From Ginkgo biloba (taxonomy: Eukaryota; Plantae; Ginkgophyta), in assembly GCA_024626585.2 (NCBI GenBank), contig JANKJI020000004.1, forward strand, positions 142,087,560 through 142,106,500: DNA of 18,941 nucleotides. Direction: 5' to 3'. The translations under genes were made by a program, and so were the position numbers. Below the pieces are notes generated by a model, which had not been told where the DNA came from, searched no databases, and saw only the letters and a list, made by a program, of their open reading frames with translations. Positions 11,021 to 18,941 of this stretch are shown here, one piece after another. The stretch's first letter is position 1. Every line of letters starts with the position of its first letter.

Positions 11021-11361
11021 TGTTTTACCTGCTGGTGTTAGGCAAGACTGGTCTTGATTTGTTGCCAGAATCATGCAAATGCAATTGAAAGATTTATCAC
11101 AAAGTAACTGTTCCTCCTCAATTTTGGGAGGATCTTGTTTGCATGTTTGATGCAACATCTTACCAGCAAATTGTTCCACAACCTTTGAACTTCAAGGGAT
11201 ATGGTAAAACCCTGTAATTTCAAATTTTCTAGAACCTGTTCGTTGTTCAATAGCTAAAATTTGAATGTTCAATTTTAATTTGATAGGATGCATGCATGTT
11301 CAAACATAGTAGTTGAATAATCCATAGTTAATTAGATTGGTGGATTTCTTACTCACCCACT

Positions 11362-11632
11362 AAGATACAGATCAGATGGCAACTTGAAAAGAGCAACAAC
11401 AAGTACAAAGAGGTTGTCGATTAGTGTAGAAGGCACAAGGAGTTTGAAGAAGGAGACATGGTCATGGTGTACCTGAAGAAAGATCAATTTTCAAAAGAAA
11501 TATACAATAAGATGAAGTATAAGAAGATTGGACTGTGTCAAGTCTTAAAGAGAATGAATGAGAATGCTTATATGGTGGATCTATTTATTGAGTTTGACAT
11601 ATCATTTGTGTTTAATGTGAAAAATTTGTACA
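11362..11632 (+). mobile_element. Gypsy (CRM-like) integrase C-terminal fragment (GPY/F, SH3-like region)
   Basis: IRWQLEKSNNKYKEVVD*CRRHKEFEEGDMVMVYLKKDQFSKEIYNKMKYKKIGLCQVLKRMNENAYMVDL...DISFVFNVKNLY. Confidence 0.88.
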
Positions 11633-11651
11633 NNNNNNNNNNNNNNNNNNN

Positions 11652-12505
11652 AGTAATTGCTCTTGTTTCTCTAGTAATTATAATACATTGTAGTATCCTC
11701 TTTTCTCTCTTCCATTTGATTAGATCACTTAGTGTTTCTAATACAAATAGTACTTGTGATAATGGGTAGATATGTCTTATACCCCTTCCTAATGGGTAGA
11801 TATGTCTATCTACCTCGATCTTAACACGAATAGTACTTGGATCTATCACAAGTACTATTTGTATTAGAAACACTCAATGATCTAGTACCTTTTCTCTCTT
11901 CCATTTGATTAGATCATTGAGTGTTTCTAATACGAATAGTACTTGTGATAATGGGTAGATATGTCTTATACCCCTTTCAAGCTCAAAGAAATCTCTTAGG
12001 ATATCATTGCTAATACATCAACTTTGACTATTGATATGTGGTTANNNNNNNNNNNNNNNNNNNNNNNNNNNGTTTCCAAATCAATAACTTCTCCATAATA
12101 GCTAGGACAAATTCCTAGTTTATTCTATTGTAAATTTTGCTCATGTCCATCTTATTATTTATTGCTTTCTCCTTCCCTGGGTGTATGTAGTGTAGGGTTT
12201 CTTATACCATTGTGATGTTATCTAAGGTACTTATTTCTTGGACAAAGGCATTCTTCTTTGTTGTAATTATTTTGTGGAAGATTGAAAAAATCTTATAGAT
12301 GACATTACATAAAGCAATTGGCTTCAGATCTTTCAACTTTTTTTCTTCCCTTTTTTGGAACAAGAGAGAGAAAGGTGCCATTGATGTCGTATGTTATCTT
12401 CTTCCCTTGGTGAAAGGACCTAAGCATCTTGACCCAATCTTCCCCTATCAGTGCCAACATTTTTTTGTAGAATTCTATAGGGAGATCATTTGGTCTTAGG
12501 GCTTA
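11652..12505 (-). mobile_element. L1-type LINE reverse transcriptase remnant
   Basis: Minus strand: ALRPNDLPIEFYKK (KAPGPDG equivalent)...INGTFLSLVPKK...DLKPIALCNVIYKIFS...NAFV...LDNI...KMDMSKIYNRIN*EF...DFFELERGIRHIYPLSQVLF (RGxRQGDPLS equivalent)...RETRAIT, ending at an N-run where HLxFADD is expected. Confidence 0.92.
11691..11978. repeat. Compound duplication/inversion: direct copies 11691-11787 and 11883-11976 with an inverted 41-bp copy at 11844-11884
   Basis: 11844-11884 is the reverse complement of 11910-11950 (1 mismatch) and of 11721-11761 (2 mismatches). Also a re-start TAATGGGTAGATATGTCT at 11790 and a fragment ACGAATAGTACTTG at 11826. Confidence 0.97.
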
Positions 12506-12670
12506 TGATCTCCCTTGGGCAACTGTGTAGCTTGTATTATCTCTTGCATAAAAAAGTGTCCACTTGGTTAGCATTATATGTAGTTTATATAGGAATAAAA
12601 TGTGCATACTTGTGAGTTTGTCCACCATCACATAAATGCAATCCCATCATGTTGATTTTGGTAGTATGGA
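12503..12670 (-). mobile_element. Gypsy integrase catalytic-core fragment
   Basis: LPKST*WDCIYVMVDKLT / YAHFIPI*TTYNANQVDT...MQEII...LPK-EIIS, matching LP...D.IFVVVDRLTKYAHFIP...LHGLPKSIVSD. Confidence 0.82.
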
Positions 12671-13303
12671 AATTAAANNNNNNNNNNNNNNNNNNNNNNN
12701 NNNNNNNNNNNNNNNNNNNNNNNNNNNNNNNNNNNNNNNNNNNNNNNNNNNNNNNNNNNNNNNNNNNNNNNNNNNNNNNNNNNNNNNNNNNNNNNNNNNN
12801 NNNNNNNNNNNNNNNNNNNNNNNNNNNNNNNNNNNNNNNNNNNNNNNNNNNNNNNNNNNNNNNNNNNNNNNNNNNNNNNNNNNNNNNNNNNNNNNNNNNN
12901 NNNNNNNNNNNNNNNNNNNNNNNNNNNNNNNNNNNNNNNNNNNNNNNNNNNNNNNNNNNNNNNNNNNNNNNNNNNNNNNNNNNNNNNNNNNNNNNNNNNN
13001 NNNNNNNNNNNNNNNNNNNNNNNNNNNNNNNNNNNNNNNNNNNNNNNNNNNNNNNNNNNNNNNNNNNNNNNNNNNNNNNNNNNNNNNNNNNNNNNNNNNN
13101 NGTAAGATATCTTATTGTACATATTTTGTGTTTGCTTGGTCTCTTGTATTTGAATCGTGCAACCTTATTGCTTTTCTCCCTCTGATTTCTAACAATAATG
13201 TGCTCGAATCACTTCTCATAAAGAGAACATGTCAAAAGTGTGTCAATATTGTTGAAATATAGATGACATGTGTAAAGTTCACTTTAGAGCGGGGTCCTTT
13301 AAG

Positions 13304-13425
13304 GATGCTTCAGGAATGTTCCTTAATGTGTCACGTTGATGTTCATACGAAAGAAAAATCCTTATTCTTGATGATTCAAGAATGTTCACCCACATGTCTT
13401 GTCAACATTCATAGGAATGAAAATC
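13304..13425. repeat. Old, degenerate tandem duplication with ~66-bp period
   Basis: GATGCTTCAGGAATGTTC...GTTCATACGAAAGAAAAATC versus GATGATTCAAGAATGTTC...ATTCATAGGAATGAAAATC. Confidence 0.6.
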
Positions 13426-15265
13426 GATATGCATAACTCCCCATATAAGTGTTATAGCCTAAGTAAGCCAAGCAAACATTATCTCAATAAGTGTGAAAAA
13501 GCCTAAGTTATCTCTAGAGGCCAGGGCATGTATTTTTCAGCTATTGGTTAGTACTTCGAAAAAATGTGATTAGAAGAGAAAATTGTTTAGAGGACCCTAA
13601 GGGTGCTCCAACAAAGGGCTCCTCCCTTCACGGTGTAATTTTAGATAATAGAGGGCCTTGGAGGGCTTCTTGGGGCATATGGGGGTAGCGCTAAGGATAA
13701 GACCAATACCATATGTAGTGAATTGTGCCCAATTGTTGACATGAATAGGGATTTGTTTAGGCTCAAGCAACCCCTAAGACATCACATTTTTCTTCTTTGC
13801 AAGGCGTTCTCTCTCTTTGTTAATTTTTATGTTCTAGTTGAAGAACTTTAACCATAGATGTTGTTGTTTGCTATTTCTTTCATATGTGGAGTTGGGCCAT
13901 TAGCATTATTGCTTCTTACAATGTAGTATTTCACAAGATTATAACTCAAATCTCTTCCTTAGAGGAAGGTAACATCATTCAAGGTGTTACTCTGTAGTTT
14001 TGCAACATTTTCTAGGGAACCTTAAGAGCAAGTTGCAAGACTTCCTTAGTACCCAATAACTAATTTTTGTAGGTGGACTATGTTATATTTGGCCTTTGAA
14101 GAAAGTTGGTGCAATTGGATAAGAAAGATCAAGACACTTTGCATTAAAAAGGTATTCTCGATCACCAACCTTGACATCTATCTAGGTGAGTTCTTATTTG
14201 TAAGTATTCTCTGAACTATAGTGTTGTTTTTATTTCCAGTGTATAGAAATGAACAAAATTTCTAGATTTATTATTCTTATANNNNNNNNNNNNNNNNNNN
14301 NNNNNNNNNNNNNNNNNNNNNNNNNNNNNNNNNNNNNNNNNNNNNNNNNNNNNNNNNNNNNNNNNNNNNNNNNNNNNNNNNTTTGCGGTGTAGGGCTTAT
14401 TAGTGTATCCCTAAGGTTTTAATTGGAAACCACAAAACTATCAATAAGGGTGGATACCCATCCATTTAGCATTTATCTTCATGCCAAAAAGAGGTCTAAA
14501 TGACCTACGCTAAGCATCTTTGAATAAGTGGGGTTAAGGGGTAAAGTCTAGTAGATTTCTCATACCTATTAGGCATTGATAATTGCATTTATGCAGCAGA
14601 GGTGTGGTTGTCCACCTAGATCAATCCTTCCTTATAAGTGGACCCCATGGCCAATAAAGGGTAATTGGGTCCCTAATTGCAAGTTGACCTTTGTCTAATA
14701 GTCCTTTCTTCTGCTAACCCTAACGCTAGTGCTATTTACCCATAGATGCCATAAATCTAACTAGTTTAAATATCTATTTTTTGTGGGATTTCATCACATC
14801 ATTTATTTATGGTTTATTTTTAGTCTTAAATGCATGATTAGAGTCACCTCACTCTCTATTGTGTTTTTAAGATTTATTTCAGGTCTAATCTCTTTATTTT
14901 GCAAGTAGAGTAAGGGCAGGTTGTTACAAAAGTGGAGGGAGGTGACCATTCCCCAATGGTGGGGCTTATTATAGGAGTGGACATGAAAAAAATCATATTC
15001 AAGGACGAAACATTAGAGGACTCCCCTAGTGGGATAATGGAGGGTGATCTTGGAATAGGTTCATACTTCTTTTCCTATAGTTTCTTTTTGAGAGCCTTGT
15101 TCTCCTTGCAAACTATTGTAGCTAATTGTAGAATTTTTATTGTTCCACTCATTTTGTCTTAAGTTTCCCTTCCTAGTGTCCCCTCTCTGTTGTCCATTGG
15201 GCTAGTGTTGTGGCCATCTCTACTCCTGCCTATGTATGTTGCTGTTGCAATTGTGTCTTGATCTA

Positions 15266-17000
15266 TTATGCTTTTGCTTCCACGTTATCTAGATGTTCCT
15301 TATAATCTTGACCTGTAAAATAGAGATGTTTGGTTGCACATCCCTTTCTTTTTGTGACTTTTCTTCTTGTGTCTCTTAATTGTTTTGAAGGGTTGTTGAA
15401 TCTTGCGGTATAGTATGGATTGGTGGCACTTTCTTCTTGAAAAACTGTGTTCCTCTCTTCCACCAATCACTAAGCCTTATTAGACCTCAATTCTTTCTAG
15501 CAACCTCTTCACAGTGTTGTGCAATTCTTAACAAGGTATATTCCAATCCTTTATCACCTTCATGTTCTCATTTCCTCCTTCGTTAGTTGAGGTAGTTGAA
15601 GTTCCTCCTTCGTTAGTTGAGGTGATTGAATTTGCTCCTCCATTTCTTCCTCCTTGCTCATATCTCTATTGCTTCTTTGGAGGTGTGAGATAAGGATGAG
15701 GTTGCATATCCACTTCCTTCTGGGTAGTCTACCCCCAGAGTGCATCGAATTGACTATAGGTTTCTAAAAGAATGTGTGCCTATGTAATTTTGTATGTGTG
15801 AGTCTAATAAACATACATCAATAAAGTCCTTTGAATTACTAGTGCGAGATTTTATGTACCACATATAAAAATTGTGTTGGGTGAGAGGTTCATTGATCCC
15901 CTTGAGTTGTTGAGACATTCATCTAAAAAATGCTCTTAAGCTAATCCTTTGGAAAGAGTTGGCTTTGTTGGATTTTTCTTCAACTTGTTCATCTTGCTCC
16001 TCATCTTCATCAATTGAAATGACCAAACATCTTCTTTTATGTTGTATTGCCAAGGCGGTTAGCAACATGCTCCACTTTTTCCTGCTCCTCTCGTTGTCAT
16101 TATGGCCAAACTTTAGGTACTTGTAGGCCTTGCCATTATAGTAAGGATGGAACCCCAACAATGATAGGCCCCCTTTTTTGGGAGAAAAACATCATAACAA
16201 AGTCCAAGAATGTAAGGAAAGATTCAATTTTGTTTCATGCCCCTATATTACCTTATCCAATCTTGCTTTCATTCATTTAGAGATGTATGTGTCCAATTGT
16301 ATCACTTCCTAGTATCACACCTTGCAAATATGATACCATCCAAAAAGGAATATCATTGCATCGTCATTGTCTCACAACACAACAACAAAGCAGGGGGAAC
16401 ACAAAGTGATACTTGTTGGGCTTTGTGGTTTCCAATTTCAAGCCTTGATTACCAAACTTGAAATTTCTTTCCCATTGACAAACTTCAACAATAATAACTT
16501 GCCTTGTTTGCTTGGCCAGTTGTCTATGTAGTCTTGGTGATGGGTTTTTTCCCCTCTTATAAGTGAGGCTAACAACCGATGAAAATTTGTTGGTTCTAGT
16601 GTGTGCACCCCTTTTGCATCACCAAAACCTTTTGCAATTTGGTCATTTGCATTTAATGGTTCTTTAAAGATAGCAATGTTCTTGGTTAAAATAGGTACCA
16701 TAACATTGTTGTCCACGTTAGCGTTGTAATGCAGAACAAAGTGTATGGGCATGAGGCCAAACAAACCACCATTCTCGCATGAGTAGACAATCTACAATAT
16801 ACCATGCCACATTGGGTTTTCTACACGCTATGTGGATAGACGACAAAGGTTGTGTTGGGGCCATACGCCCCTTTGTTACTCGGGATGGATATCAAGGCAG
16901 TCTACCTTTTTGAATCCACACCATAGATTGGAGCAATGGCCAAAGAATGGTCCTTACTCCACTTTATTGCACCAATTGTTTAGTTTCTTGCCTTCAACAA
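15266..17000 (-). pseudogene. Long decayed reading frame of unidentified family, probably a transposon accessory gene
   Basis: ORFs 16438-16764 and 15919-16161 share one frame, and 15560-15745 and 15266-15466 share another. The sequence between them reads protein-like through isolated stops. Acidic stretch DEDEEQDEQVEE and an in-frame 10-aa repeat. Confidence 0.45.
15572..15630. repeat. 30-bp tandem repeat (10-aa unit Q[SL]PQLTKEE[LM] on the minus strand)
   Basis: TTCCTCCTTCGTTAGTTGAGGT at 15572 and 15602. Confidence 0.95.
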
Positions 17001-18293
17001 AATTTAATCACGCTGGCAAACTACGATAGAAAGACTAAGCACCATATTTGAATTAATACGAATATGAAGACTTTAGAAAAAAACTCCAAATTTGAAATTC
17101 ATTTTGGGGTGGGTACATATTGGGTCCCATTGCCCTCTCTTTGTGCGACTCTTGATAGTACGCCATCCAATTTTTGTTAGGCAGATTGGCCATTGTCATC
17201 TAGTAGGCAATCTCGATTGTCGTGTGGTTGTCAAGTGCCCCTAACTAATGGGCAACCTTGGTTATCTTTGGGATGCTAGGCAATGTGTTCCGNNNNNNNN
17301 NNNNNNNNNNNNNNNNNNNGGATGATGTTGTTTGGAAACATTGTTTCATTGTTATTTGATAACCAATGTTCAAAATTAGAAATCAATGGTAGTAATTTTG
17401 TGAAGTGGGTGAAATCTTGAGTTGATTATGCGTGGGGACATTCTTAAATGGCCTTCGGGTGATTTTTCTTATCGTGATACATTGTCCGCTCTTCCAAAAT
17501 GACTTGCCCCTTGTAAAAACTTGCTTTTGTACACTTAGTCAAATATTTCCTCTATAGAAAATGATTTTAATATCTCAAATATTGTAAATGTCATAGTCTA
17601 ATACTCATTTTTTTATTACTTATGACACGTGTTATTAAATAGCCTACATAAAACACAATAGCATCACATTATTTACATGCAAATGTATCCATACTCCTAA
17701 TTGTAATGATGCCATATTGAATGATAACTCATAATATACTTCCACATACATTGCAAGAGTGCATTCATGTTATAACTTATAATGCATCATGTTAGTGTAT
17801 GTTGAGGTCATAAGGTAGAGTTGATAATTATGATAGTACCACTTACTAATTTCTACAATTAATATGCAATAACAAAGAGAGAAACAAGGCAACTTACATA
17901 AAGCAAACACAATTTAAATTCAGTCACAAATGTGTAGTGTGATAAGTGTGCATACAAGTAGTTATTTAACTATATTAATTTAAGTCGTAGAAAATAAATT
18001 TCATTAATTTATAGGTTCAGTCAAAGGGTTTATTTGACTAGGGTCGACTAGCAATAAGGACTCAAAAACTTGTAGTTGGCCATAGGGACTACCTATAAGG
18101 GCTTACTATGGCGTGCAATCAAACTCCAACATAGAACATGCTAATTGTTAGTGCGTACCCCACAACTTTGCACTAAGGTGCTAGATGTAGGTCTATTTCA
18201 AACGCTCTTCAACACCTGGATAAACCTAGAGAGCTAGAGCATATACCCTTGTTGGCAGTTTATTTATCTTTATTAATTATAGTATCATTAATT

Positions 18294-18446
18294 CCATAGG
18301 GTTGTGACAATAAAGCCTAGACTAGAAATCAACTTGTTACCCCTATGGTTGTAACAATAGTTCATAGGACTTATGGTTGCAACAAGACACCATAATAATC
18401 CCTATAGCTTTACGTAACAAACTATAGCCCTATTGTTGTACCAATA
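18294..18446. repeat. Cluster of ~19-bp motifs (CCTATGGTTGTAACAATAG-like), resembling transposon subterminal repeats
   Basis: Copies at ~18294, 18342, 18370 and 18429, plus an inverted core TTACAACCATA at 18815-18825. Confidence 0.65.
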
Positions 18447-18654
18447 GACTACAAAAAATCGATAAGAGGGTAAGGATGAGAGCACTAACTCATCCCTCTT
18501 CATGTTAGACCAATCCAAGCCCAAAAATATGCATGTAAGGTGAAAATGAAGCTTCATAGAGAGGCACCCTTGGTTAGGGAGTCAAACTCCCCCATCAGGT
18601 CTTTGGCTAAAGCATAAATTGCCTTAGGCAAAGTTGCTAGGAATTTTTGTAGTG
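18447..18654. mobile_element. 208-bp non-autonomous CACTA (En/Spm) element with 3-bp TSD ATA
   Basis: ATA|GACTACAAAAAATC ... GAATTTTTGTAGTG|ATA. The right end reads CACTACAAAAATTC on the minus strand (12/14 match to the left end). Internal short hairpins: GGATGAG..CTCATCC, GGGAGT-CAA-ACTCCC, TTGCCT-T-AGGCAA. Confidence 0.75.
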
Positions 18655-18941
18655 ATAAAAGCGTAGATTTCAAAAAATAAATTACAAAACAACATACTAC
18701 ACTAGTTAAATAAATCCATCCATAGAGGAATCATAATTAACCATAAATATAGTGAAATAACCCTTTAACTAGGGGTGCACTATTTATAAATTGTTAATTC
18801 CCCAAAACAAGGGTTTACAACCATATATTAATCATGTAGAAATAAAAAAATTGGTTTCTTCGAAGAATCGGAGAAAATTCCATTAATTTATGTTGGGTAT
18901 ATGCAGAAGGGCCCACGTAGATCCTGTTGTCCCTTGAGATG

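Noticed and set aside
12636-13262. Long ORFs spanning N-runs (also 9643-9972 and 1606-1872)
   Set aside because: Artefacts of Ns being translated as X.
18294-18446. CRISPR-like repeat-spacer array
   Set aside because: Degenerate repeats, irregular spacing, eukaryotic TE context and no cas genes.
14401-18782. 13-bp imperfect inverted pair TAGTGTATCCCTA / TAGGGGTGCACTA as TIRs of a 4.4-kb DNA transposon
   Set aside because: 11/13 match only and no convincing TSD; could be chance.

Overview
AT-rich, CpG-depleted eukaryotic DNA with many N-runs, most consistent with a large-genome seed plant (a gymnosperm is my inference, not shown). Most of the window is a nested set of decayed transposons: a minus-strand Ty3/gypsy (CRM-like) element read gag-PR (gag duplicated in tandem) ... 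RT-RNaseH-IN, a probable nested LTR, L1-type LINE fragments, two further gypsy integrase fragments, a long decayed ORF of unknown family and a 208-bp mini-CACTA element. A CpG-retaining island (~8310-9230) lies just upstream of a short coding exon (9481-9617) that the ORF track misses. It ends in ILSQDFF(C)|GT, the conserved N-terminal motif of plant WEE1 kinase. The putative 5'UTR intron has a U2-type donor and a perfect U12-type donor (GTATCCTTT) 14 nt apart. No later WEE1 exon is visible, so the rest of the window is probably TE-filled intron. All protein assignments are by-eye motif recognition; no searches were run.
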